Under the pieces are notes generated by a model. That model worked only from the letters and a program-made list of their open reading frames with translations, ran no database searches and was not told where the DNA came from. A DNA stretch of 64,000 bases from Eledone cirrhosa (Eukaryota): positions 163,494,001 to 163,558,000 of the forward strand of contig OZ024743.1 of the NCBI GenBank assembly GCA_964016885.1, written 5' to 3'. Of the stretch, positions 49,838 to 63,362 are shown piece after piece. The number at the start of each line of letters is the position of its first letter. The stretch's first letter is position 1. A program made the translations under genes and the position numbers.

Positions 49838-51203
49838 GTATGTAATGTTGTACATTAAAGTAAATCTTCATTTCAAATTAGTTCCTTATACTTTAACCGT
49901 TTTGATATCAAACTGCCTGAAGCTCTTTGTTTTAAAGTGTTTATATTTATCTAAAAACCTTCCATCGTAATTTTATTAAAGAATTTTTATTGTTTATCCT
50001 TTAAACACCAGCTTAATATTGAGAAAGTTAGTTACTTTATTAAATCTCTTCAAATTCTTGATTTTCAAAAGTCATTCTAAATATGGTAATGAAAAGGTTA
50101 ACAGGCTGGAAAACTTACCACTTGATCATAAATTTGATTTTTGCTTCAACCACTATGCATTGGCTCATGGCAAGATTCATTACGGTAATTACTTCACTAT
50201 ATTAAGCAAATAACTAGTACCACTGCACTTCTTCATTGTTGGTCTCAGGACAGCAAAAGGGAAAACAGACATCTGATTTAGAAAAAAAAAATTTTAAATT
50301 AAACACTCCAAAAATGGAACATTCCATTTAATGCTAGCATGGAAAAATGAATGTAAAACAATTGTAAAACCTGAAAAATAAAGAAAGGAGTTGATTTTAA
50401 TAGCCTGTCACAACTCTTAACAGAAGAAGCGACATGAAATACAGTATTTTGCTCATGAACACAATCTGCCACCCAGTTCAGGAATTGAACTGACAAGCTT
50501 ATAATTGTGTGTCCAACACCCTTACGACTGATATAAAGTTCATAAGCTTTTGGAATGTAACCTGGTCAATCAATTTGATGCCTCCTTAATTGCTGCTCTC
50601 TACTGTGTCACTTTTGCCCTTGTAGCAGTTGACAATGCTGCTGCTATGGCAGTTATTGTGTGTGACACCTTGTATTACCCAGTTAACTATGCAAGTGACT
50701 GGCCTGGGCTCTACACCTCCAAATACTTCAATCATCTCAGCGACTATCCCTGATAGGTCAGCTGCTTTCCTTGTTATCGTCTCCTTAATTGCACTTGCTA
50801 CGATACTATCAATGTGGATAATTGGTCTCTTAGTGGGATCTACTTTGGATTAGCCCTCACTCTCCCATGCATTCTTCTCATTCAGCAATGTTAGGACATA
50901 TGAACAAGATGTGGGCCTCTGATCCATCTAGGCAAACAGGTGCTCCAAATAAAAACTGACTCAAACCATAACAACATGGAAGCATATGTAAAATGACAAT
51001 GGTAATAAGCCACACATCTAATGAGTATGGGTTACTAAAACTGAATTTAAGTTCTATGAAGTAAAACTCTAGAATTCAAGGTGGACTGCAGCATGCATTG
51101 GGGAAAACGAGTAGAGTTAAGTTCAGTAATTATATGTGTTGTGAAAGAAAGAATAAATATTGAAAATAAGGTACTTGCTGAATATGTTGTCTTTTATTTG
51201 CAG

Positions 51204-51289
51204 ATTCGATGGCACCCAACTTATGAAGGTCTTCTTGCTTATGGTACTGATGATGGAAGAGTAGCTACTGTAGAAGTTAACTCTCACAA
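51204..51289 (+). CDS. GEMIN5: GEMIN5 exon 8
   Basis: WHPTYEGLLAYGTDDGRV; gttagt donor; phase 0-2. Confidence 0.93.
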
Positions 51290-52563
51290 GTTAGTCAGAT
51301 TTACCAGCAACACATAAAAATATTCTGTCTCATTTCAATGTTTCTGAAGTCTCACCAACTTACAAAGTATTGGGGAATTTGAAAATATAGTCACCACAAT
51401 GCAGATAACTATAATAATAGAATAAGAGAAATAGTTGATTATGTTGACCCAAATACTTGACTGGTACTATATTTTATCAACCCCAAACTGCTGGATTTGA
51501 ACTCAGAACATAAAAAGCCATAAATAATTATGGCAAGGCATTTTGTCCAGTTGTTCTAGTTATAACCATACTATCTTTCTTTTCAAGCAGTGTATCAAGG
51601 AATACTTTATTTAATGTGGTTCTTTGATACCAAACTGCCTGAAACTAGCTGTGCTTCTCTGACACAAAGTTGTTTATTTCAAAGTGTTTATATTTATTTA
51701 AAGAACCTTTGTTAAGTTATGCTCTAGACACCAGCTTAGTAATGAGAAAGTCAGTTGTATTTCTAAATTTTCTAAACCCCTCCAAATTATTGATTATTTT
51801 CTGAAGGATATGAAAATCATAGTGTCTTTCGTTAGAAATAAGGTAATAAATGGGTGTTCTTTTTTTTTTTAAGGCAGTAGGATATAATACAAAGGTTGTT
51901 TGGTTGCTATTTCTAGCAAGCCAAGCAGTCATATAGAGGCTTCTGCTAACATAAGCCTTCTGACTAGCTGCACAATTCTTTCTTTATACAATGTAAAGTT
52001 ATCAAGTAGAGAATTGTGCAGGGCTGGTATTACCATTAAAGTCAACTAATGAGCAGACCTCAGGGAGTCACATTATTGAACCTTAAAGGATCACAGTTTT
52101 ATACAAATTTGTATAATTGTATTAAATATATAATAATATCTTGTGATCGATAAAAAAAAATCACTAAACATCTTTGCTGCATAGCAACATTCCGGAAATA
52201 ACTAAAACTGTGAAGAAGGTTGTATGGTATTGTGACCTGTCGCATGATTTGGCATGGCTGAGTATGAACTGTGTAGTGGAGAATGCAGGCTTAGTTATTT
52301 TCTTAGTGTGGTCAGAGCTAAAAAGTGTGTAAAACTGGGTTTGTCAACTTACTAAACTAAGTTTAAATTATGTTATGTGGGAGAATGGGGAAAATAATAG
52401 GAAGAATGGGACACATAACTGGGAGGATGTGGTGTACATTATAGTGCTAGCCTGCAGTGCTAAATACCCAGGTACAGGCTCCGGATATATGCCTTAACTG
52501 TGTTTCTTTTAATGTTTTCCAGTTTTTTTTGTTATATTATATATTGTCAATTTAATGTTGTAG

Positions 52564-52640
52564 GCCTCCATCTCTATGTCCAAGTTACCACTCCAAAACT
52601 GTGTACTGTCTTGACTGGGGAAAACCAACATACAAAGCAG
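52564..52640 (+). CDS. GEMIN5: GEMIN5 exon 9
   Basis: (K)PPSLCPSYHSKTVYCLDWGKP versus recalled human [22 protein letters not shown]; phase 2-1; not in the ORF track. Confidence 0.9.
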
Positions 52641-52719
52641 GTAGGGCAATATTTCTTTTAGCATCTATTTTCTTTCCATTTTTCAAATTCAAGGTATTTT
52701 GGTTTTAGTGTTTGGGGAC

Positions 52720-54259
52720 CACGATAAAATGCACCCGGTCAACTTCATAAAGTGGTAGTACAGGTGATATGATAAATTACACCGACTCTACCCTGTAAAT
52801 ACACCCACCCCACTCTGTACAGTGATAGTACTGGTGCTATGATAAAATACACCCACCCCACTCTGTAGAGTGGTAGTACTGGTGCTACGATAAAATACAC
52901 CCACCCCACTGTAGAGAGGTAGTACTGGTGCTATGATAAAATACACCCACCCCACTCTGTAGAGTAGTAGTACTGGTGCTATGATAAAATACACCCACCC
53001 CACTCTGTAGAGTAGTAGTACTGGTGCTATGATAAAATACACCCACCCCACTCTGTACAGTGATAGTACTGGTGCTATGATAAAATACACCCACCCCACT
53101 CTGTAGAGTAGTAGTACTGGTGCTACGATAAAATACACCCACCCCACTCTGTACAGTGATAGTACTGGTGCTATGATAAAATACACCCACCCCACTCTGT
53201 AGAGTGGTAGTACTGGTGCTATGATAAAATACACCCACCCCACTGTAGAGTGGTAGTACTGGTGCTATGATAAAATACACCCACCCCACTCTGTAGAGTG
53301 ATAGTACTGGTGCTATGATAAAATACACCCACCCCACTGTAGAGTGGTAGTACTGGTGCTATGATAAAATACACCCACCCCACCCTGTACAGTGGTAGTA
53401 CTGGTGCTACGATAAAATACACCCACCCCACCCTGTACAGTAGTAGTACTGGTGCTACGATAAAATACACCCACCCCACTCTGTAGAGTAGTAGTACTGG
53501 TGCTATGATAAAATACACCCACCCCACCCTGTACAGTAGTAGTACTGGTGCTACGATAAAATACACCCACCCCACTCTGTAGAGTAGTAGTACTGGTGCT
53601 ATGATAAAATACACCCACCCCACCCTGTACAGTAGTAGTACTGGTGCTACGATAAAATACACCCACCCCACTCTGTAGAGTAGTAGTACTGGTGCTATGA
53701 TAAAATACACCCACCCCACTCTGTACAGTGATAGTACTGGTGCTATGATAAAATACACCCACCCCACTCTGTACAGTGGTAGTACTGGTGCTATGATAAA
53801 ATACACCCACCCCACTCTGTAGAGTGGTAGTACTGGTGCTACGATAAAATACACCCACCCCACTCTGTACAGTAGTAGTACTGGTGCTATGATAAAATAC
53901 ACCCACCCCACTCTGTAGAGTAGTAGTACTGGTGCTATGATAAAATACACCTCCCCTTGTAGAGTGGTAGTACTGGTGCTATGATAAAATACACCCACCC
54001 CACCCTGTACAGTAGTAGTACTGGTGCTACGATAAAATACACCCACCCCACTCTGTACAGTAGTAGTACTGGTGCTATGATAAAATACACCCACCCCACG
54101 CTGTAGAGTAGTAGTACTGGTGCTATGATAAAATACACCCACCCCACTCTGTAGAGTAGTAGTACTGGTGCTATGATAAAATACACCCACCCCACTCTGT
54201 AGAGTAGTAGTACTGGTGCTACGATAAAATACACCCACCCCACCCTGTACAGTGGTAGT
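52720..54259. repeat. 48-bp minisatellite, about 31 copies
   Basis: Unit ctggtgctatgataaaatacacccaccccactctgtagagtagtagta, with 46-bp variants. Confidence 0.97.
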
Positions 54260-54432
54260 TTGGACCAGGCAACACATTGTTTTTAAGCATGGCTCTTATT
54301 AAACTAACTGAAAATCATCCTATGAAATACAACCTCATAGAGGCCAGCTAAACTTGCATAGATATGAGCTGTTAATTAGAATTTTTTTTTTTCAATTCTG
54401 GAGCAAGTGACAAATGTTTTGTTTTATTTCAG

Positions 54433-54563
54433 GATCTGTCATGGCCAACCGGTCATTATATAACTTGTATAGCCAAGGTGAAAACACAATTCTTCAGCAT
54501 AACTTTAATTCCACAGAACCTGCCACTAATGTTAATCATATAATTCAGCATACCAATGGAAAA
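54433..54563 (+). CDS. GEMIN5: GEMIN5 exon 10
   Basis: LYSQGENTILQHN...NVNHIIQHTNGK versus recalled human LYSCGGEGIVLQHN...DINKLIRDTNSIK; phase 1-0; gtaagt donor. Confidence 0.88.
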
Positions 54564-54799
54564 GTAAGTTCTTTTTTTATATGTACTAGCTGACCCTGTG
54601 GAAATTCTATGCCTTAATTAGAAACAACCACCAAGTATTAAAGATCAGTAGGACATTTTAAATGTTTTATATATATATATATATTGCTGAAGATAAGTTG
54701 CTTATATGTAGTTGTTACGTTGTAACTTCTTGAAGTCGCATGCATAACTGTGTAATAGAAATATATATAATGCAATTATGGTGAAATAATCTCATCTTC

Positions 54800-55377
54800 A
54801 TCATTCATCATCATTTCATTTTACGTCCGCTTTTCCCTGCTTGCAAGGGTTGACGGGAACTGATTCTGGCATGATTTCTACAGCTGGATGCCCTTCCTAA
54901 CACCAACCTCATTTACAGTGAGTGCTGGGTGCTTTTTTGCCGTGGCACCTCCACGACCACTTTGCAGTGGAATGATAGAGACCCCAGTCCCTATCATCTC
55001 ATTTCTACAGCTGAGTAAACTGGAGCAATGTGAAATAAAGTCTCTTGCTCAAGGAAACAACCTATCACCCGGTCTGAGAATTGAACTCACAACCTTTCGA
55101 TTGCAAGGCCAATGCTCTAACCACTAAGCCATATGCCTCCATAACACCAACCTCATTTACAGTGAGTGGTGGGTGCTTTTTTGCCGTGGCACCTCCACGA
55201 CCACTTTGCAGTGGAATGATAGGGTCCTTATCATCTCATTTCTACAGCTAAGTATACTGGAGCAATGGGAAATAAAGTATCTTGCTCAAGAAAACAACAC
55301 ATCACCTGGTCTGAGAATTGAACTCACAACCTTTCGATTGCAAGGCCAATGCTCTAACCACTAAGCCATGTGCCTCC
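54800..55377 (-). mobile_element. Two tandem tRNA-head/RTE-tail SINEs
   Basis: Reverse-complement copies of 41599-41930; junction near 55140. Confidence 0.85.
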
Positions 55378-55398
55378 ATCTTAGCTACTCTTATTTGA

Positions 55399-55409
<11 letters not shown>

Positions 55410-55487
<78 letters not shown>
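55410..55487. repeat. (TA)n microsatellite
   Basis: Long pure TA run. Confidence 0.95.
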
Positions 55488-55493
<6 letters not shown>

Positions 55494-55746
55494 AAGGATA
55501 AAGATCCCATAACTCCTTGTGGAGTTGTAGAGGCACAGTAATATGGCACATCTAGGGCACTTTTAAACTTTGCGGAGCCCAACCCTCTCCAGGTCTGAAC
55601 ACAGCTGGTTTTTTCTATAGATGAAGGATTGACCCCAGTACTGGATTGACACTTTTTATATTGACCTCGAAAGGGTGAAAGGCAAAGTTGACCTCGGTGG
55701 GATTTGCACTCAGAACACACAATGAGGTAGGACGAATACTGTAAAG

Positions 55747-57930
55747 CAGGCATGTCAAACATTTGACCCTTTACAAGCACTTGCAGCCCACACAAATGAT
55801 TTTACAGTGCGAGCATATTTTATCTTCATAATATAAAATTAAAAAATTTTCGAATCCATTGTTTTTTGTGCGATTTATGTCAACAACTTTTAACTTCCAG
55901 CAAATCACGCGCAGCTCATTAACAGTTGTAAACAGAAAACTTTCTTTTAAAATTTCAAAAGTTTTTGCTTTTAAAATGGCTAGTGCTCCTCTAATTAAGA
56001 GAAAAGGGAAATTGAATGAAGAAAGGCGAATGTTTCAAGAAAAGTGGGAATTACTGTATTTTTGCACAATAGTGAACGGAAAGATACATTGTTTAATTTG
56101 CAACAACTGCATCACCACGCCAAAAGAGTACGACTTGAATAGATATTATCAAACGAACCATCAATCTTACTATAAATATGAAGGCCCAATGTGTGTTTCA
56201 AGGCTCAAGGAATTGAAGGTTAACTTGACACAGCAACAGACCTGTTTTATGAAATTTGAGGAAGCGAATGTCGCTCCCGTTACTGCAAGCTATGAACTCA
56301 GCCAAATGATTGCCATGAGTGTGAAATCTTACAGTGAGGAGATTTTGTAAAGTAATGCCTTGTAAAAACAGCTGAAATTGTATGTCCAGAGAAAGCCCAG
56401 TTATTCGAAGATATTTCATTAACCAGGAACACTGTTGCTGAACGGATTGATGAAATGTCAGGTGATCTGAAACAACAGTTGAAGGCTGTATCATCAAGGT
56501 TTGAACATTTTTATATTGCTATTGATGAGACTGTTGACATCACTGGAATAGCACAGCTTACATTCTTCATCAGGGTCTGTGACAGTGAATTTAATATTTA
56601 TGAAGAACTGATTGAACTGGTCCCTATGCATGACACTACAACAAGCCAGAACATCTTTGAGAAAGTCGAGCAGGTTCTGCATGACTATGGTTTTGATTTG
56701 ATTAAACTTGCATGCTTATCTACTGATGGTGCTGCGAATATGGTCGGCAGACATAATGGTGTTGCTGCCAAGTTACGAACAAAAATAGAAAACTCACATC
56801 CAGATTCATCATTTGCACATCTTCACTGTATTATTCATCAGCAAAATTTGTGTTCAAAGATTTTAAAATTGCATCATGTGCTTAGCTTGGTCACAAAGAC
56901 AGTGAACTATATCAGGAGCCATGCTCTCAACCACCGTTGGAAGATATGGATAATCAGTTATATTCTACACAGAAGTCCGCGGGTTGTCATGTCACAAAGT
57001 GCTGAAAAGATTCTATTTGTTGAGACAAGAAATAATTATGCTTTTGGAGATAAAAGGTCAAAACACAGATGAAATAAAAGATGAAAGTTGGCTCCAAGAT
57101 CTGGATTTTGCTGTGGATATTACTGCACAATTAACTGATCTTAATTTGAAATTACAAGGTAAAAACAAACTCGTCACTCAGTTGCATGATGACATCAAAT
57201 GCTTCATTACAAAACTAAGCTTATGGAAGTCACAGTTGTCAAATGAAATTTTAGTTCATTTTTCTACATGCAAAGAGCTGAAAAATACTGCCAATACTTA
57301 GCTTTGCTAAGTATGATAGTCACCTGGAATTGTTGTCAGGAATTTCAGGAAAGATTTTGTGATTTCTCATCCTTTGAACATCAGATTGCATTATTCACCT
57401 TTCATGTTGCTAAGGCAGAAGAAAGCCTGCAGATGGAACTATTGGAAATGCAGTCGGATTCTACACTCAGAGAAAAGTATGTTGAAGTGGGGATACCTGG
57501 TTTCTTTTCATATCTTCCTGAAAAGTTTAAAAACTTCAGAAATTTTGCCACAAAGATTATGGCAATGTTTGGTTCTACATATATGTGTGAACAACTATTT
57601 TCCTTCATGAAATTAACAAAATCTTCTCAGCGAACAAGGCTGACTGATCAACACTTATCATCTCTGATCAAATTCGGAACTGAACAGACATTTCAGCAAG
57701 ACATACCAAAAATTGTCAGCAAAAAGAAATGTCAAGCCTCAAGACAAAACACTAAAAATGATTGAATAGTAGCAAATAAACGTTCAGTTTTGAACTGTTG
57801 TAATTTTTGTACAATGTATTTGTTGCTGTTGTAAACTGCAAGTATATGTTGCCATTTTATTTTTTTTGTCAAACTATTTCATTACTTTGTATTAATGAAT
57901 GCTGCTGAAACATTTGTATGTACATTGTGC
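55747..57930 (+). mobile_element. hAT (Buster/SPIN/GTF2IRD2-like) DNA transposon, 3' TIR missing
   Basis: 5' TIR CAGGCATGTCAAAC after the nnnTAnnn site ctgtaaag; transposase follows. Confidence 0.88.
55976..57765 (+). pseudogene. hAT transposase, frameshifted
   Basis: FQEKW..CLIC zinc finger, IAIDETVD, STDGAANMVG, HCIIHQQNLC, MFGSTYMCEQLFS, RTRLTD over four ORFs. Confidence 0.92.
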
Positions 57931-58159
57931 AACAACAACAACAACACCATTGTCTGTGTTGAATGTGTGTGTATGTATGAATTTATATATATGCGACTAC
58001 AATAGCATCAACAGCATCGGTGAAATGAAGAACAACAACAATGGCGGCAGCAACAACAACAACAACTGCAACAACTGCAACACCACCATTGTCTGTGTTG
58101 AATGTGTGTGTATGTATGTATTTATATATATGCGACTATATACATATTTATACATACAT

Positions 58160-58455
58160 ACTAAGAGGGATCAGATGTTGTTTACTCGAGAGAAGGCTAC
58201 GTTGGTATGGACACGTGATGCGCATGAAAGTCGATAGCTGTATAACAAAGTGCAGGGAATAAAGATAGACGGTAGCCACGGAATAGGCAGACCTAGAAAA
58301 TCCTGGGACGAGCTGATAAACTCCGACCTCACACACTTACACCTCTCCAAGACAATGTCACTGGACCGAGACCTTTGGCGGTACTCAGTAATAGAGAAGA
58401 CCCGCCTTACCTTAATACATAGTAAAACCTACTACAGTCAGTAGGCATCTCTAAC
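58160..58455 (+). mobile_element. RTE LINE 3' fragment
   Basis: ERRLRWYGHVMRM...GRPRKSWDEL. Confidence 0.85.
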
Positions 58456-58473
58456 AAAAAGGTGACGTGGTTG

Positions 58474-59318
58474 CTCAGGTTGGTGCGAACAACGGCTAAA
58501 AAAAGTCGTTGGGACACGTAAACAAAGGGGGACGCTAGAGTAACAACTTTTTTTTAGCCGTTGTTCGCACCAACCTGAGGCATATGGCCCTTAAAGCGAT
58601 GAAATGCCGAGGACGGTTGGAGGGTCACTGATGAAGGACTCACTTTTTCATATGTATCCCATTCGCAACGCCGCAGCTCCATTATTATCATATTTACACA
58701 TATATTTTTTCCATGCTGCCTTCGTCTGTTTCGTTCCTTGTATCTTTACCACTTCTAGCAGTCTCCCTCTCTGTTAGCCTCCTCCTCAACTTTCACTCAC
58801 TCATTCTCTGTCACTACCTCTCCTCCTCCTCTTTCCTCCTCCTCCTTCAAGTTTGACCTGTGTGTAATTCTTTTCTCGCGCGGTCTTGACCAAGCTGGTA
58901 TGGAATTTTTTTCTCTCTCTCTTTCGTCTGCGACTTCACAAAACTTGCGTTTACCGAATTCGTAGACCAGACCCCTTTATCTTCTTCTTCTTCTTCTTCC
59001 TCTTCTCTCTTTTTCCCCCCCCGTCAAACTTGGGCGAAATTCTTTCCTTGCTCACATTTCAACCAGGTTTGATGGTCTTTCGTCTCTTGTTCACGATTTC
59101 ACAGAGTTTATATTCATAGAGATCTGGGACTTGTCTATTTCTACTCACTTTCCGTTGCTTAAACTTTTTTGTTGTTACTCTAGCGTCCCCCTTTATTTAC
59201 GTGTCCCAACGACTTTTTTTAGCCGTTGTTCGCACCAACCTGAGGCATATGGCCCTTAAAGCGATGAAATGCCGAGGACGGTTGGAGGGTCACTGATGAA
59301 GGACTCACTTTTTCATAT
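58474..59318 (+). mobile_element. Probable Penelope-like pseudo-LTR with inverted and direct terminal duplications
   Basis: 58474-58547 is inverted relative to 59171-59244; 58547-58653 is a direct repeat of 59213-59318; pyrimidine-rich body; ends in (TA)n. Confidence 0.55.
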
Positions 59319-59427
59319 ATATATATGTATATGTATATATATATATGTATGGATATATATATGTATATGTATGTATATATGTATAGTATGAATATATGTA
59401 TATATATGTGTATGTATAGTATGAATG

Positions 59428-59462
<35 letters not shown>

Positions 59463-59486
59463 AGTATTAATGTATGTATATATATA

Positions 59487-62454
59487 TCATCATCATCACC
59501 ATCGTTTAACGTCCATACTCCATGCCTGCATGGGTTTGGACGGGGGTTTTCCCACTTGAGGCAAGAGTGGTTGTCTTGCTCGCATAGGACTGTCTGGCGG
59601 GTTTTCTACGGCTGGATGCCCTTCCTAACACCAACCACATTTACAGTGTGGAACTGGGAGGTTTTTACCGTGTTACCTACACGGCCACATTACAGCGTGG
59701 ACTGTGTTTTTTTGTCGTGACACCTACACGACCTCATTTGTTTCGGCCTGGATGTTGTGGTACCAACATAACTTTACATTGAAAGGGGTGGTGTGGATGG
59801 GGTGGAGGTAGTGGGACAGGGTGTATTTTGTTAGTGTTGCCTACTGACTGTAGTAGGTTTTACTTTGTATTTAGGTAAGGCGGGTCTTCTCTATTACTGT
59901 GTAACGCCAAAGATCTCGGTCCAGTGACATTGTCTTGGAGAGGTGTAAGTGTGTGAGGTCGGAATTTATCAAGTCATTCCAGGTTTTTCTGGGTCTGCCT
60001 ACTCTGTGGCTACCGTCTATCTTTATTGCCCTGCTCTTTTTTATACAGCTGTCGTCTTTCATGCGCATCACTTGACCATACCAACGTAGCCTTCTCGCGA
60101 GTAAACAACATCTGATCCCTCTTATTTCTAATTTTTCCCTTAGTTCGTTTATGCTTTGCCGTTCACGTATATTACTATTACACATCCAGCGGAGCATGCA
60201 AGCTTCGTTCCTCTCTAGTCTGTGTATATCCTCTGCACACAATGCCCAGGTCTCACTGCCATGCAACATTGCTGTTCGTATGCAGGCATCATACACCCTG
60301 CCTTTCATTTTTAGGGAGAACCCTTTAGCGGCTAATAGTGGTATAAGCTCTCTGAACTTTTTCCAACCAGTTCTGACTCTAGCTATCGTACTTTCAGAGC
60401 ACCCTCCCCCACTGCTGATTTTGTCACCCAGGTAACGGAAGCTGTCCACTATTTCTATAGAACCATCTGTGCAATTGAAAGAGCTAGTATTTTGTGGGCA
60501 CTTGCTGCTACTTATTGCACCAGAGCACCGGTCACATATAAAATCTATGTTCTTAGTTAGCTTACCTGTGATCCCACTACATCTTTTATGCACCCATACT
60601 TTGCATTTGGGACATAAAATGGAGTTTCTACCTACTCCTTTCCTACACACTGAGCATGGCCATTTCCCGGATGGGACCGGCGCCCTATTTTCCTTCCTAC
60701 AAACTAGAACTTTAGTCTTAGACAGGTTAATTTTAAGGCCTTTTTGATTCTAGGCCATGCTTCCATGTTTGGAATTTCTTCTCTAGTTCGGCCATTGATT
60801 CAGCTACGCGCGTTAGATCATCTGCGTATAGGAGTTCCCATGGGCAGCCGGTCTTGAACGCCATTGTTATAGCCTGAAGGGCAATAATAAATAGTAGGGG
60901 GCTAAGAACGGAGCCCTGATGAACACCAACTTTTACGCTAAACTCTTCACTATATTCGTTGTTAATTCTAACCTTGCTGACTGTTTCTTTATACATGGCT
61001 TGTATAGCTCTCACAAGCCATTCATCAACACCTAGTTTTCTAAGAGCCCACCAGATAATGGAATGGGGGGGACTCTGTCGAAGGCTTTCTCCAAGTCGAC
61101 AAAAGCTAAGTATAGGGGTTTACTTTTAGCTAGGTACTTCTCCTGTAGTTGTCGTACAATGAAAAGAGCGTCTGTGGTACTTTTGCCTGACACAAACCCG
61201 AACTGCATTTCATCTAGATCAATTCTCTCTCTGATTAGTTGCGCTATTACTTTTTCCGTGACCTTCATGACCTGGTCGATTAATTTAATGCCTCTATAGT
61301 TACTCCTATCTAGGGCATCTCCTTTACCCTTGTAGCAGTTAATGATGATGATGCTACGCCAGTCCTTCGGAACAACCCCATTCTGTACGACTTGGTTTAC
61401 TATCCGGGTGACCATGGTGTGTCCCACCGTTCCAGAGGCTTTCAGCATTTCAGCAACTATTTCCAAAGGCCCAGCCGCCTTACCCATCTTCATATCTTTG
61501 ATTGCCTTACTTATTATACTACCTTCGACTAACACTGCTGGTCCCTCTATTGGATCGATGTGGGGGAGACTGTCTTTCTCCCATTTATTCTCCTCATTTA
61601 GTAGCCTTTCGTAGTGACACTTCCAAGCTACCTTCTTATCAGCGTCAGTGATGGCAAGTACACCATCGTCATTAAGTACACACTTCTCCCCGACAATATC
61701 ACGGTTTTCCTTGACACATTGCCTAGCAATCCTGAACACCTCACGTTTTTGGTCCTCGCGTTGTAGAACATGCTTGAACTTTCTTTCCTCTGCTTCTCTT
61801 CTTGCGAAGTACACTTGTCTCCTAGCTTCCCTCCTGGCCACTTGATAGTCTTCTCTACTTCCCCCATCCTGCCATACATTCCAAGCCTGCTTTTTGGCCT
61901 TAATTGACTCCTCCACCTTACTGTTCCACCACCATGTTACTCTCCTCCTGCCTATAGGCCTGCTCCAGCCACAGACTTCGTCTGCCGCCATCAGCAGGTT
62001 TGCTTTCAGGAATTCCCACTGTTCCTCTATATTGTACGACTCTAAGTGCTCTTCCTTACTGTCGAAAGCATCAAGTAATATGCTTTTAAATTTATTTCTG
62101 GCTGTGGGGTCCTTTAGCTTCCATATTTTTCTCCTGAGGATAGTCCTCTTCTGTTGTCGAATAATTCTCGTCCTGACTATGAGGTCGCTAATTATGAGTC
62201 TATGTTGGGAGGTGCATTCTTCATGGGGGAGGGATTTAGTGTTTACAACAGACACTCTGTCACGTCTTCTGGTAAGGATATAATCTACCTGGCTGGTATG
62301 TTCACCTGATCTGTAGGTGATCAAGTGATTGTCTCGTTTTTTGAAGTTAGTGTTACAGATAGTTAGGTTATTTGCGTCACAGAATTCCAGGATTCTGGAG
62401 CCTTCCTCATTTCTAGTACCAAACCCATAGCCTCCGTGGATTCCACCATGGTTA
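59487..62454 (-). mobile_element. RTE LINE (partial endonuclease + RT + PHD), two frameshifts
   Basis: ORFs 61032-62510, 60733-61014 and 59871-60650; (gat)n tail near 59490. Confidence 0.95.
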
Positions 62455-62964
62455 CTTGGTGAGGAGGGTGACTTTGGACATCCTGCAGGACTAAAAACAA
62501 AACCTGTCAAAGGGCAAAGCAGCTCTTAAGAGTCAATGGCCATCCAACATCACCGGGAGAGATAACCCCTTAGCCTTTGTCAAGGCAGAATTCTAGGAGA
62601 AGGAAAACTCTGATATAACACCTGCAACCCTGATGGTATCCAATGATGTTGACTTGTTCTTCTTTTTGGTAAATATCATCTTGGTTAAGAGAGTGGGACT
62701 GGCTTTGTGCAGTGCCTTTGCTCACTATAAAAGCTTCACGGCACAGGCATTGCTTTATATCTGGAGATCTCTCTGCACTTGTCGTCACATGGTACCATGG
62801 GCCCAGCACTATGTGTCAATAATTGTCACAAGTGTAGTGTTTGTACCAGAGTTTTCAAGTCGCTGGCTGGACTAAAATGTCACACTTGTTCAGCGCATCG
62901 GTAGGGGTTCTCCTACATAGATATAAAGTAGTGGCCGTACTCGAAAACGAGTTGGCAGCCACCA
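62455..62964 (-). mobile_element. Second, 3'-truncated copy of the 573-bp element
   Basis: Reverse complement of 45241-45750. Confidence 0.85.
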
Positions 62965-62969
62965 TATAT

Positions 62970-63362
62970 ATGCGACTACAATAACAGCAACAGCACCATT
63001 GTCTGCAGTATCAGTGAAATGAAGAAGAAGAACAACAACAACGGCAGCAACAACAACAACAACGGCAACAACAACAACAACAGCAGCAGCAACTACAATA
63101 ACGACAGCAACAACAACTGCCACCACCATCACTGACCATCCACCACAACCACCATCACTGGCACCATCCACCATCAACGCCATTCACCACCATCCACCAC
63201 CTTCACCACCACCACTACTACCACCGCCACCATCAATAGCACCATCCACCACCATCACCATCATTGACATCATCCACCGCCTCCACCACCACCACTATCA
63301 CTGACACCATCCACCACCATCATTGGCACTATCCACTACCATCACCACCACCACTATTACCA
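62970..63362. repeat. (CAA/CAG)n then (CAC/CAT)n low-complexity tract
   Basis: Trinucleotide runs; its start resembles 57985-58085. Confidence 0.85.

Noticed and set aside
52788-54277. Long repetitive ORFs and a CRISPR-like look
   Set aside because: Contiguous 48-bp units with no unique spacers, in a eukaryotic intron with no cas genes
58600-58650. Permuted hammerhead (GAAA upstream of CTGATGA)
   Set aside because: No pairing stem II
62890-63183. Val/Ala-rich hydrophobic ORF
   Set aside because: Translation of the (CAA/CAG)n microsatellite
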